Positions 8,008 through 15,904 of a stretch of DNA of 64,000 bases are shown one piece after another; the stretch's first letter is position 1, and each line of letters opens with the position of its first letter. This DNA comes from Escherichia phage phiLLS, in the sequence record NC_047822.1, one strand, 5' to 3'. The notes beneath the pieces are model-generated. The model saw only the letters and a program-made list of their open reading frames with translations. It was not told the DNA's origin and ran no database searches. The position numbers and the translations under genes were made by a program.

Positions 8008-8243
8008 TCAGTGCAGAACACGGAGCTAGCAATTCGGAAGTGCTGACTCATGATAAGCTGCCTATGTACTTGCGAAGCGGTCGTGTCCAAGACTCGGACT
8101 CTTGCACTGAAAACAATCAAACATTCTAGCGTGGTTGATGGGGAAACCAGCTTGGCTAGGGCAGAAGCTCGTTCGATTCGAGTGAAAGAATGGTTCTCGT
8201 AAGTCCGCACAAGTGATAACAGGTTCGAGTCCTGTCTAGAATG
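8008..8243 (+). ncRNA. structured RNA / tRNA-like region (unresolved)
   Basis: Long-range inverted repeat TCAGTGCAG/TTGCACTGA (8010/8102) and two T-loop-like motifs (TTCGATT near 8176, ACAGG-TTCGAGT-CCTGT at 8219-8235) with no standard cloverleaf. Confidence 0.3.
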
Positions 8244-8262
8244 ACATATTCTGGAGATTCTA

Positions 8263-8429
8263 TGGATTATGAAGAGTTAGATAAATTAGCTGATACATTA
8301 TCAGAACTATCTGATAATGTAGTAATAAAAGATTCTAGGATAGACAGTTTTATTGCTGATTATCGTAATGGTATTATCTCTAGGCAAGAACTAGTAGATA
8401 AAACTTATCAATATTTAAAGGGAAAGTAA
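8263..8429 (+). CDS. hypothetical acidic protein
   Basis: ORF track starts at 8241 inside the tRNA-like element; the internal ATG at 8263 is more plausible. Confidence 0.35.
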
Positions 8430-8447
8430 ACGAAAGTTTACTTATTA

Positions 8448-8547
8448 TGTAGGTTCCGATAGATCGGCGGGTCTATTCTGGCATTTAAGAGAAGTCTCGC
8501 AAACTTCTTTGTCAGCCGTGGGGTTGGTAGCCTCCAGGTGGCCTACA
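8448..8547 (+). ncRNA. tRNA-like / structured RNA candidate (about 100 nt)
   Basis: Perfect 7-bp closing stem TGTAGGT/GCCTACA; internal 6-bp stem AGAAGT/ACTTCT with 7-nt loop CTCGCAA; no canonical T-loop. Confidence 0.3.
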
Positions 8548-8574
8548 CAATAAGTAAATTTATTAAAAATTCAT

Positions 8575-8620
8575 TTGCTATTCTGCTTTATTATCTGTAT
8601 AATATATTTTATAAAGTGAA
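8575..8620 (+). promoter_or_regulatory. T5-type early promoter
   Basis: TTGCTA 8575-8580, TATAAT 8598-8603, spacer 17. Confidence 0.55.
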
Positions 8621-8635
8621 GAGAAGGAAAGCAAA

Positions 8636-8794
8636 ATGAAACACAAGATAGCTCAAGTTTTTATGGCATTATGGTGTATGCCAATAGCTATAACAGCATT
8701 TAATCTAGATACTTTTACTATAGAAGAAAAATGTATCGGATTAGTTAGCGGTTTTAGTATGCTGGGCTTATCTTTGCTGTGGTTAAAGAAATAA
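8636..8794 (+). CDS. small membrane protein (52 aa)
   Basis: Not in ORF track (under 60 aa); RBS GAGAAGGAAAG; two hydrophobic segments. Confidence 0.4.
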   Translation: MKHKIAQVFMALWCMPIAITAFNLDTFTIEEKCIGLVSGFSMLGLSLLWLKK

Positions 8795-8798
8795 TATT

Positions 8799-8876
8799 CT
8801 CCGTGTAGCTCAGTTTGGCCAGAGCGTTTCGTTTGGGGCGATAGGGTCGGGGGTTCAAATCCTCCCACGGAGACCA
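8799..8876 (+). tRNA. tRNA-Pro (anticodon TGG)
   Basis: Acceptor CTCCGTG/CACGGAG, D-stem GCTC/GAGC, anticodon loop TTTGGGG, T-arm GGGGG-TTCAAAT-CCTCC. Confidence 0.55.
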
Positions 8877-8882
8877 AACAAT

Positions 8883-8960
8883 TGCGGGTTAGATCTCTGG
8901 TAGAGATCGCTAGTCTCATAAGCTAGAAAGAGGTAGGTTCGATTCCTGCACCCGCTTCCA
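8883..8960 (+). tRNA. tRNA with anticodon CAT (second copy)
   Basis: Anticodon stem CTAGT/GCTAG with loop CTCATAA; T-arm GTAGG-TTCGATT-CCTGC. Confidence 0.5.
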
Positions 8961-8980
8961 TTTTAATAGAGGATTTCGAA

Positions 8981-9148
8981 ATGAAAGTATTTCGATTAGT
9001 AGTAAGTGACAAACGTTTAGGTAATAATACCTCAAGATCCTTACTTGCACATTATGGAAAAGATGAAAAAGAAGTAATGGCGGAGTTTGGGATTAATCAT
9101 TCTTACTTAAAAGTCCATTCTATTAAAGAAGTATACAATGGTTACTAA
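8981..9148 (+). CDS. hypothetical protein (55 aa)
   Basis: Small ORF between tRNAs. Confidence 0.35.
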   Translation: MKVFRLVVSDKRLGNNTSRSLLAHYGKDEKEVMAEFGINHSYLKVHSIKEVYNGY

Positions 9149-9149
9149 T

Positions 9150-9228
9150 AGATCGCTAGCTCAATAGGTTTAGTAGCATCCGACTTTTAATCGGAAGGTT
9201 CTGGGTTCGAGTCCCAGGCGATCTACCA
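9150..9228 (+). tRNA. tRNA-Lys (anticodon TTT)
   Basis: Acceptor AGATCGC/GCGATCT, anticodon stem TCCGA/TCGGA with loop CTTTTAA, T-arm CTGGG-TTCGAGT-CCCAG. Confidence 0.55.
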
Positions 9229-9246
9229 ATTTCAAGAAAAACGCAG

Positions 9247-9296
9247 TTGCTTGATGCTTAATTTCTTGTTATAATATTTATATAAATTGATGCGAA
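9247..9296 (+). promoter_or_regulatory. T5-type early promoter with no ORF downstream
   Basis: TTGCTT 9247-9252, TATAAT 9270-9275, spacer 17; followed by about 300 nt non-coding before tRNA-Ala. Confidence 0.55.
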
Positions 9297-9608
9297 AATA
9301 GCTGCCTAGATACCAGGTGTATGACGTCTACACTAGCAGAGCTACCGAAAAAGAGATCCTCAGGATAAACGTCGTAGCAAAATTAGTCTGGTATCCATCA
9401 ATTTAGTTCACTAAGGTATTAGCTCGACCTAGGACTGGCTGCCAAAAAGCACGATCCCTACGATTCGGGAGAAGTTCTAGATTAGTCCACTAGATTCAGC
9501 GGCAACTGAATAGTGTATTGGGTTTGCGAGATGACGCAGTTCCTTCCGCTCGAAGCGAAGGTGCTGTAGTTACGCCGAGCTAATAGCCTTAGTAAACTAA
9601 AGAATTTG
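9297..9608 (+). ncRNA. candidate promoter-driven non-coding RNA or tRNA-operon leader (about 310 nt)
   Basis: No ORF with RBS and no canonical tRNA fold; lies between a strong promoter and tRNA-Ala. Confidence 0.3.
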
Positions 9609-9684
9609 GGGGAATGGGTCTGCATGGAGTGGACACCTCGCTTGCACCGAGGACATCAGAACGGTTCGATTCCGTTATTCTCCA
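9609..9684 (+). tRNA. tRNA-Ala (anticodon TGC)
   Basis: Acceptor GGGGAAT/ATTCTCC, anticodon stem CCTCG/CGAGG with loop CTTGCAC, T-arm AACGG-TTCGATT-CCGTT; CCA not encoded. Confidence 0.55.
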
Positions 9685-9692
9685 CAAAATAC

Positions 9693-9770
9693 GCGTGATT
9701 GATGGAATTGGCATACATACCGTCCTTAGAAGTCGGGTTTTGAGGGTTCGAATCCCTTGTCACGCACCAA
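9693..9770 (+). tRNA. tRNA with anticodon TAG (Leu codon reader) in a short-variable-arm scaffold
   Basis: Acceptor GCGTGAT/GTCACGC, T-arm GAGGG-TTCGAAT-CCCTT, anticodon loop CTTAGAA (4/5-bp stem). Confidence 0.45.
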
Positions 9771-9845
9771 ATTTGATGGTCAGAGTAAATTAAACCTACT
9801 ATCTCGGTTGAGCTGTTTTAATGGGTTCGAATCCCAGCGGGGCGT
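9771..9845 (+). ncRNA. tRNA-like element (canonical T-arm, no acceptor pairing found)
   Basis: TGGG-TTCGAAT-CCCA at 9822-9836 but no complementary 5' acceptor strand; possible pseudo-tRNA. Confidence 0.25.
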
Positions 9846-9881
9846 AACTGCCTGGTGTGATAGAGGCATCATCTTATTATT

Positions 9882-9972
9882 GGAAGAGCAAATCGAATTG
9901 GCGACGAAAACCGCTTGGAAAGTGGCTGACTGGTAAAACGGCTTGAGAGTTCAAATCTCTCCTCTTCCGCCA
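9882..9972 (+). tRNA. tRNA-Ser (anticodon GGA), long variable arm
   Basis: Acceptor GGAAGAG/CTCTTCC, T-arm GAGAG-TTCAAAT-CTCTC, anticodon loop TTGGAAA, 91 nt. Confidence 0.55.
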
Positions 9973-9984
9973 AACAATTTATAT

Positions 9985-10079
9985 GGTAGGTCAATCCAAC
10001 GGCTGGCGCTGGACTCCGACTTGAAATCGGTTGATCGTAGTGATACGGTGTAAGGGTTCGATCCCCTTACCTACCTCCA
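9985..10079 (+). tRNA. tRNA-Ser (anticodon TGA), long variable arm
   Basis: Acceptor GGTAGGT/ACCTACC, T-arm AAGGG-TTCGATC-CCCTT, anticodon loop CTTGAAA, 95 nt. Confidence 0.5.
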
Positions 10080-10084
10080 AATCT

Positions 10085-10215
10085 TGGAATATGCCGGAAT
10101 TGGTAGACGGGACTGCCGAATAGGTTTACTAGGAACATCCACTCCTAGAAATATACCTTAAAAGCGGTTGAGTTAAATGGTCTAACTCATGAAGGTTCAA
10201 ATCCTTCTATTCCTT
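10085..10215 (+). ncRNA. atypical tRNA-like region (about 130 nt)
   Basis: D-loop-like AATTGGTAGACG, good T-arm GAAGG-TTCAAAT-CCTTC at 10192-10208, but body too long; perfect 7-bp hairpin TGAGTTA/TAACTCA. Confidence 0.3.
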
Positions 10216-10444
10216 GATACATCAATGGCTCAAAGTGTAACGGTGCTATTTGATGCACTTGGAAAGACTTTCCCGACATGCGTTCGGGGGTAAGCTTCTG
10301 AGGCTAGAATAGAAGAGTTTCTGGGAGCCGCCACAATCGAAAATTCGTACTCGTCTTGAGCTGCGTGCAATAGGAGATAACTTGATTAGTATTCTAGAAC
10401 ATGCTAATTGAGGATGGTTTCGCTAACCCTGCGAGTTTTCAATT

Positions 10445-10521
10445 GTGGCTATATCATAATTGGTTAATGATCCTGATTGTGAATCAGGCCTATGTGGATT
10501 CGAATTCCACTAGCCACCCCA
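10445..10521 (+). tRNA. tRNA-His (anticodon GTG)
   Basis: Acceptor GTGGCTA/TAGCCAC, D-stem TCAT/ATGA, anticodon stem CCTGA/TCAGG with loop TTGTGAA, T-arm GTGGA-TTCGAAT-TCCAC. Confidence 0.6.
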
Positions 10522-10546
10522 AATTAATTTAAATAGGAAATAAAAT

Positions 10547-10741
10547 ATGGCTGATTTCTGCAAACAATGCTCCATTGATATGTGGGGCAGAGATACTGGT
10601 GACTTAGCTGGTCTGATTACAGAAGCCGAAGTCAAAGAAGGTTATGGTGCAGTTGTGGTTTGCGAAGGATGCGGAGTCATTCGAGTAGACCATAAAGGTA
10701 AGCGCCTTGAAGAACCTGAGCCAGTTACTCTATTTCCATAG
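10547..10741 (+). CDS. hypothetical protein with zinc-ribbon-like Cys pairs (64 aa)
   Basis: CKQC...CEGC motifs; RBS AGGAAATAAAAT. Confidence 0.45.
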   Translation: MADFCKQCSIDMWGRDTGDLAGLITEAEVKEGYGAVVVCEGCGVIRVDHKGKRLEEPEPVTLFP

Positions 10742-10754
10742 AGTAAAGAATTAT

Positions 10755-10830
10755 TGGGATGTAGATCAATTGGCAGATCGTCGGCCTCTGACTCCGAAGG
10801 TTCCACGTTCGATCCGTGGCATCCCAGCCA
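10755..10830 (+). tRNA. tRNA-Gln (anticodon CTG)
   Basis: Acceptor TGGGATG/CATCCCA, T-arm CCACG-TTCGATC-CGTGG, anticodon loop CTCTGAC. Confidence 0.55.
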
Positions 10831-10836
10831 AATTAT

Positions 10837-10912
10837 TGGAGAGTAGTGTAACGGTTAGCACAACGGCCTTTGACTCCGTTAATGGTAGGTTCGATTCCTC
10901 CTTCTCCAGCCA
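10837..10912 (+). tRNA. tRNA-Gln (anticodon TTG)
   Basis: Acceptor TGGAGAG/TTCTCCA, anticodon loop CTTTGAC, T-loop TTCGATT. Confidence 0.5.
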
Positions 10913-10929
10913 ACTTAAAAGGTAAAAAT

Positions 10930-11490
10930 GTGAAGGTAATACCGGAATTTCCATTATATAGTATATCTGAGGATGGTAAAGTTTGGTCAACTTATTCTAA
11001 TAAGTTTTTATCCTCTTATATTAACAATGATGGGTATCCCTGTTATAAATTACATAAGAAGGGGGTTCAGTATACTCAACTAATACATAGATTATTAGCT
11101 AGAGTATACAAAGATCTGCCTTCTCTGGATTCTGACCTAGAGGTAGATCACAAAGATACTAATATTCTTAACTATGCACTAGAGAATATACAAGTTCTCA
11201 GTAAAGAGGATCACAGAAAGAAAACCTTACTAGATAATGGGTATACTGCGTATAACAAGGTATGTCCAACTTGCTCAGGATACAAAGATCCCGGAGCTAT
11301 TCAGTGTAAGGGATGTTCTTCGCTATCCCAAGTAAAGAATAAAGATGTTACTGCTGAGCAAATAGAATACTGGGTGTCCAAGTATTCATGGGTTAGAGCA
11401 GCCAAAGAATTTGGATACTCAGATAATGGACTTCGTAAAAGGTATAAATCCCTTACTGGTAAAGATCCAAAAACAATAAAACGCGGTTAG
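10930..11490 (+). CDS. HNH homing endonuclease
   Basis: HNH motif DHKDTN...N...EDH; probable GTG start after tRNA-Gln (no in-frame ATG); sits among tRNAs as T5 HNH nickases do. Confidence 0.55.
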   Translation: MKVIPEFPLYSISEDGKVWSTYSNKFLSSYINNDGYPCYKLHKKGVQYTQLIHRLLARVYKDLPSLDSDLEVDHKDTNILNYALENIQVLSKEDHRKKTLLDNGYTAYNKVCPTCSGYKDPGAIQCKGCSSLSQVKNKDVTAEQIEYWVSKYSWVRAAKEFGYSDNGLRKRYKSLTGKDPKTIKRG

Positions 11491-11554
11491 CCTCATGGTG
11501 GGGACTCAGCCTTCCAAGCTGATGGAGAGGGTTCGATTCCCTCTAGCCGCTCCA
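11483..11554 (+). tRNA. tRNA-Gly (anticodon TCC)
   Basis: Acceptor GCGGTTA/TAGCCGC, anticodon stem TCAGC/GCTGA with loop CTTCCAA, T-arm GAGGG-TTCGATT-CCCTC; overlaps HNH stop. Confidence 0.55.
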
Positions 11555-11570
11555 ACTTTAAGGAAACACT

Positions 11571-11822
11571 ATGCACGTTTTTGAGTTTCGTAATAAAAGT
11601 ACTGATAAGCGAGTTATCATTATTGGAGAAACATATCGAGCATATGAACAAACTGACGGCTCTGTTATCTTGAATGATGAGAAAGGAGGTTTTAGCTTTT
11701 ATCCAGAAGAACCTTATGAAGAGTTTCGAAAACAATTTAACCTAGACTGGAGAAAGCATTTAAACACTGTTGCTCCATCTGTAGTATTGCCAACTACCAG
11801 TACTGTACCCTCTAATGGCTGA
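11571..11822 (+). CDS. hypothetical protein (83 aa)
   Basis: RBS AAGGAAACACT before ATG. Confidence 0.45.
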   Translation: MHVFEFRNKSTDKRVIIIGETYRAYEQTDGSVILNDEKGGFSFYPEEPYEEFRKQFNLDWRKHLNTVAPSVVLPTTSTVPSNG

Positions 11823-11979
11823 CAACCTAAAAGTAAAGATTGATAAACAAAAGAAACGTGTAGAAGTAGAGATTGGCGAAGAACGTGTTGCCTTTACTTT
11901 CGAGTTTCTTCAGCAGTTGGCAATGACAGTAATGTCAGATAAATCCCCTGTATTTGAAAAAGAAATCCCGTTGAAATAA
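11815..11979 (+). CDS. hypothetical protein (54 aa)
   Basis: Not in ORF track; ATG overlaps upstream TGA (ATGGCTGA); hairpin follows. Confidence 0.35.
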   Translation: MADNLKVKIDKQKKRVEVEIGEERVAFTFEFLQQLAMTVMSDKSPVFEKEIPLK

Positions 11980-11989
11980 CGGGATTATC

Positions 11990-12064
11990 GCTCCTAAAGC
12001 ATTGCTGGCGATGCAGTTGCCTTGTAAGCATCTGAACCGGGTTCGATTCCTGGTGGGAGCACCA
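11990..12064 (+). tRNA. tRNA-Thr (anticodon TGT)
   Basis: Acceptor GCTCCTA/TGGGAGC, anticodon loop CTTGTAA, T-arm CCGGG-TTCGATT-CCTGG. Confidence 0.55.
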
Positions 12065-12078
12065 AATTTAAAAATTCA

Positions 12079-12125
12079 TTTGCTTTCTCCCTTATTTATT
12101 GCTATAATATTTATATAAATTAATG
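12079..12125 (+). promoter_or_regulatory. T5-type early promoter
   Basis: TTGCTT then TATAAT 12103-12108, downstream ATAAATTAATGAGAGGG. Confidence 0.55.
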
Positions 12126-12138
12126 AGAGGGAAACCAA

Positions 12139-12429
12139 ATGAAACGTTATCTTTCTGTAATATTCCAAACTGGTGGCCAAAGATACACCTATGAATTTCC
12201 ATCCTCTTGGAAAATCAAAGAGGGTGATCAAGTAGTAGTGCTAACACCGCGTGAAGGATATAAAGTAGTAACGGTTAAACAAGTATTTCCAAAAGATCAT
12301 GAACCAGCTAAAGGCATCCGCTATAAGATGATTCATGGTGTGGTTCGTCAAGTACCACGAACTGAGGTAGAAGTAGATAAGACTGGAGAAACTAAATTCC
12401 ATTATACTTCTTACTTAGACAGTGTGTGA
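12139..12429 (+). CDS. hypothetical protein (96 aa)
   Basis: RBS GAGAGGGAAACC after promoter. Confidence 0.5.
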   Translation: MKRYLSVIFQTGGQRYTYEFPSSWKIKEGDQVVVLTPREGYKVVTVKQVFPKDHEPAKGIRYKMIHGVVRQVPRTEVEVDKTGETKFHYTSYLDSV

Positions 12430-12444
12430 TGTAAATATTTTAAT

Positions 12445-12521
12445 GCTTCGGTAGCTTAGCGATCTAAAGCACTCGGCCGATAACCGAGAGATCGGGGGTT
12501 TAAATCCCTCCCGGAGTACCA
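12445..12521 (+). tRNA. tRNA-Ile (anticodon GAT)
   Basis: Acceptor GCTTCGG/CCGGAGT, anticodon stem CTCGG/CCGAG with loop CCGATAA, T-arm GGGGG-TTTAAAT-CCCTC. Confidence 0.5.
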
Positions 12522-12617
12522 AATTTAGGAATTAAGACTATGCGTCCAGGAAAGTTTAAAAAAGCTAATTGGTCTAAAGAGTATAAAGAATACTTACTTA
12601 GTCTAGTAAAACATAAC

Positions 12618-12693
12618 AGTTAGTTGGCAGAGTGGTTATGCACCTCCTTCATACGGAGCGACTACAGTGGTTCAAATCCACTACTAACTACCA
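12618..12693 (+). tRNA. tRNA with anticodon CAT (third copy)
   Basis: Acceptor AGTTAGT/ACTAACT, anticodon loop TTCATAC, T-arm AGTGG-TTCAAAT-CCACT. Confidence 0.5.
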
Positions 12694-12730
12694 TTAAAAT
12701 AGCTAGAGATAGCTAAATTTAGGAGCAGCT

Positions 12731-12925
12731 ATGTTAACAATTAAAATAATGTCAGCCAAGAATGGGGAGCAGATTCATACAGGCAAAAGTGTAAGCTTTA
12801 ATCCTAGAAATAAAAGATTAGCTATAGTTGGAGTAGACCAAGCCATCTTTTTAAAAGAAGATGAAGTAGCATATGTTATGAACCAAACTGGTAAGACAGT
12901 TTCCGTATACTATGGAAAAGTATAA
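12731..12925 (+). CDS. hypothetical protein (64 aa)
   Basis: RBS TAGGAGCAGCT. Confidence 0.4.
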   Translation: MLTIKIMSAKNGEQIHTGKSVSFNPRNKRLAIVGVDQAIFLKEDEVAYVMNQTGKTVSVYYGKV

Positions 12926-12967
12926 AGAATAAAGAGCTGAGCCAAATTCTAACATCGGGGAGATCTA

Positions 12968-13336
12968 ATGAAAGCATATCAAAACCTTAAATCTGGCGTA
13001 ATTAATATTGTTCATAATAATCAGATCATTCAGCTATACTCCGACAATGGTGAACTTAAACAGAAAGTTCTAGTTGAAGATCTAGAAGGTATTACACCAC
13101 AATTCGATCCTGAATCCTTCCGTGAAGTTAAGGTGGAAGTCGCCCCTCAAATCGAAGGTGGTCAGCACCTAAATGTCAATGTATTAAGCCGTGATCAGCT
13201 TTTGGATGCACAGAAACATCCTGAAAAGTACCCTCAATTAACTATCCGTGTTTCAGGGTACGCTGTACGTTTTAATGCACTGACTCGTGAACAGCAGAAC
13301 GACGTTATTAGTCGTACATTTACTCAGGCGATGTAA
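12968..13336 (+). CDS. hypothetical protein (122 aa)
   Basis: RBS GGGGAGATCTA. Confidence 0.5.
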   Translation: MKAYQNLKSGVINIVHNNQIIQLYSDNGELKQKVLVEDLEGITPQFDPESFREVKVEVAPQIEGGQHLNVNVLSRDQLLDAQKHPEKYPQLTIRVSGYAVRFNALTREQQNDVISRTFTQAM

Positions 13337-13417
13337 TGGGGTTTGGATACGATTTCTCCGAATTACGTGAGGTAGTCGAGCAAATTCCATTTATCTCCCA
13401 AGTTTTAGGAGAAATGT

Positions 13418-13732
13418 GTGGATCGAGCATTAAGACGCCATCACCGGCAACGTGTGAAGAACAACCGCAAGAAGTATTGGACAGTATTTCCACATGAAGA
13501 AAGCCCTAAGCGGTTAGGTATTATCACTACTACTCCTTGCATCTGTTCTTGTTGGATGTGCGGGAACCCTCGCAAATATTATAAGAATAGTAAAGCAGGC
13601 ATGAAAATTTCGGAGATTAGGAAAATGGAAGCAATGATTATGGGCATCTCAAATGATGAATTTGATGGCTTTGTAGGATTCGGAGAAGGAATTAGCTCAG
13701 GCTGTTTCGAAGATGAACGCCCCGATCTGTAA
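13418..13732 (+). CDS. hypothetical Cys-rich protein (104 aa)
   Basis: CICSCWMC motif; ORF followed by terminator. Confidence 0.4.
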   Translation: MDRALRRHHRQRVKNNRKKYWTVFPHEESPKRLGIITTTPCICSCWMCGNPRKYYKNSKAGMKISEIRKMEAMIMGISNDEFDGFVGFGEGISSGCFEDERPDL

Positions 13733-13741
13733 TTAATAACA

Positions 13742-13778
13742 AACCCCAGCTATTGAATAAGTAGTCTGGGGTTTTTCT
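13742..13778 (+). terminator. Rho-independent terminator
   Basis: AACCCCAG...CTGGGGTT hairpin then TTTTCTG. Confidence 0.6.
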
Positions 13779-13853
13779 GTATAAAGGTACATAATATATG
13801 TATAACAAAATTCATCCACATTAGGTTAATTTAAAAGACTTAATGGAGGTAAT

Positions 13854-14201
13854 ATGAGCCGTACTTATCGTAAACAATCTGGTGATCAGTGGTGGAAGTC
13901 TAAAGAACAATTCTCTCAAGAATATTCTTTCATCAAAGAAAATGGCTACTGGATTCGTGTTATTTATGCTAAATCCTGGGATGATGTAGAACAGGAAATG
14001 AAGGAAGCAACCATTCGTAATGAGAAAAAGGATGGTTATAACTGGAATTCTATTAGTAAGAATGTTAAGTGGCATTCTAATAAAATGGTTCGTCAAGGGA
14101 ATCGTCAAGAACTCCACCGCGTGATGAAAGATCCAGAAAATTATGATTATAATCGCGATCATGACATGCGTAAGCGTGGATTATGGTGGTGCTATGACTA
14201 A
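13854..14201 (+). CDS. hypothetical basic Trp-rich protein (115 aa)
   Basis: RBS GGAGGTAATAT before ATG. Confidence 0.5.
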   Translation: MSRTYRKQSGDQWWKSKEQFSQEYSFIKENGYWIRVIYAKSWDDVEQEMKEATIRNEKKDGYNWNSISKNVKWHSNKMVRQGNRQELHRVMKDPENYDYNRDHDMRKRGLWWCYD

Positions 14202-14218
14202 ATTCTGAAATAATTCAT

Positions 14219-14262
14219 TTGCTAAACCTCTCTTTTCTTGCTATAATATATTTATAAATTGA
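14219..14262 (+). promoter_or_regulatory. T5-type early promoter
   Basis: TTGCTA 14219-14224, TATAAT 14243-14248, downstream ATAAATTGATGAGAGAGG. Confidence 0.55.
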
Positions 14263-14277
14263 TGAGAGAGGTTTGAA

Positions 14278-14559
14278 ATGAAAACTCGTCTAGACTGTGC
14301 TGTTCATGTTCTTGAACATGATGTTGTGGGAACCTGTATGTCTTATCACGAAGCAGGTCGTTTAATTAAAGAACGTGTGGCAGATGTGTGCGGATTGAAG
14401 ATTACTGCTGAGGAAGCTGATGATCTTTTAGGTCAAGCACTAGAGAAAACCGAAATGTTTCTCTGCGATTCTTGTTCTTGGTGGTGTGAAGCTCACGAAC
14501 GTTCTTTCAACGATTATGATGTATGTCGTGATTGTAGTGGGGAGGATGAAGATGAATAA
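14278..14559 (+). CDS. hypothetical Cys-containing protein (93 aa)
   Basis: C-terminus CRDCSGEDEDE; overlaps next start. Confidence 0.5.
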   Translation: MKTRLDCAVHVLEHDVVGTCMSYHEAGRLIKERVADVCGLKITAEEADDLLGQALEKTEMFLCDSCSWWCEAHERSFNDYDVCRDCSGEDEDE

Positions 14560-14851
14560 GTTTATTATTGCACTGATGATCTCCACAGTTAGTTTCGGTT
14601 CTCTGGCATCTACCAAAGTTTCTATGAAAAATGGTAATGTTAAAGTCCAACAGAACGGCATTATTACCGAGTATGGTAAAGTTCGTGATGTTAAGGAACG
14701 TAATGGTAAAGTAGAAATATATACTAATAAAAACTTCTCTACTCCAGCCGTTACTATTAGCAAACGCGGTGAAATAACCACTCAACGTACTAATAGCTCC
14801 AGTTCTTTTACTTGTCGTTATGATTGCGGCTTTGAAGGTGAAGATGAATAA
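14552..14851 (+). CDS. putative secreted protein with signal peptide (99 aa)
   Basis: Start moved to MNKFIIALMISTVSFGSLA; C-terminus CGFEGEDE resembles upstream gene; ATGAATAA overlap. Confidence 0.45.
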   Translation: MNKFIIALMISTVSFGSLASTKVSMKNGNVKVQQNGIITEYGKVRDVKERNGKVEIYTNKNFSTPAVTISKRGEITTQRTNSSSSFTCRYDCGFEGEDE

Positions 14852-15239
14852 TTTAGACCCTAGAATTAAATTTGCAATTACAGAAATCCAAGATCAAATT
14901 GATGAGGATTTCACTGTTTGGTCAAGATCTGGTAATGGAGAATATTGCCAGCTTTATAGCATGAAAATGGGTATCTCAATTGATCTTAATATCAACTCTG
15001 AAGGTAGAGTGGAAGCCCAACCCATGTTCAGTGTTCCAGGCTTCTCTGGATTTGTTGCAGGTATAAAATTGTGTCTACCAAATAACCATCTTCATCGAGT
15101 TATTTGTCAGCTAGAGACTATTAAGCATTTCTTGCCAGAAGGTAACATTAATGACTACTATCATGAAGTTGTAGCAGCTCATATGATGAAAGAATGCAAA
15201 CGTCGGAGAGAAGAGCGTGAAAAAGCTAAACATCAATAG
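14844..15239 (+). CDS. hypothetical protein (131 aa)
   Basis: Start at MNNLD with identical ATGAATAA junction to upstream gene. Confidence 0.45.
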   Translation: MNNLDPRIKFAITEIQDQIDEDFTVWSRSGNGEYCQLYSMKMGISIDLNINSEGRVEAQPMFSVPGFSGFVAGIKLCLPNNHLHRVICQLETIKHFLPEGNINDYYHEVVAAHMMKECKRRREEREKAKHQ

Positions 15240-15513
15240 CACAGTGCAGATTCCAGCAACTAAGGATATTTTAACATTCCTACGTAGTGAGAATACCCAG
15301 TTTTGGCATGACTATATTCAGGAAAATAAAAATAATCCAGACATAGTTGCTTTTGCCAAAAAACGTATTGGGGAATATAAAGATCCAGAGATTAAAGATG
15401 GCATGATTACTATGCAATTGTGGGTAGCCATGAATACGTTTGGACCTACTATGAGTCTAGGAGTTACTCCACTGTTTACTAATATTCTAATTAATGAAAA
15501 GGATCTAAAATGA
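15217..15513 (+). CDS. hypothetical protein (98 aa)
   Basis: ORF overlapping neighbours. Confidence 0.4.
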   Translation: MKKLNINSTVQIPATKDILTFLRSENTQFWHDYIQENKNNPDIVAFAKKRIGEYKDPEIKDGMITMQLWVAMNTFGPTMSLGVTPLFTNILINEKDLK

Positions 15514-15794
15514 TTATCTCTCCCTTTGCTCTTTGGTTCGTCATTGGATCTATAGTAGCTATTTACAGCTTGGTTGATGATCTGTATATTTCTAAGAATA
15601 AAGATGTAATATTATACGTTATACATAAAACTCGACCGTTAGATATACCTCCTCTTGATGATAAAACATTACTGAGATGTGCTAGATCTATGATATTTAT
15701 TGTGGATATTCTTCTAGGCCCAACATCTGTGTTTTTCTTTTATAGAAAGACTCGTAATATGAAAAAATTTAAAGCTGAAATGCAGAATACCTAA
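15510..15794 (+). CDS. membrane protein (94 aa)
   Basis: Two hydrophobic helices; ATGA overlap with upstream gene. Confidence 0.45.
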   Translation: MIISPFALWFVIGSIVAIYSLVDDLYISKNKDVILYVIHKTRPLDIPPLDDKTLLRCARSMIFIVDILLGPTSVFFFYRKTRNMKKFKAEMQNT

Positions 15795-15904
15795 AGAACT
15801 CGCGTAGGACCGAGTTGCGTCACCTGCAACTGTTACGGATAAGGGAGTCGTGCCCCTTAGTGCGGTAAGTGGTGAGGTGGCTGCTAGCCCTAACTGGAGA
15901 TAAT

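Noticed and set aside
12540-12623. 27-aa ORF between tRNA-Ile and the third CAT tRNA
   Set aside because: Too short to call without conservation evidence.
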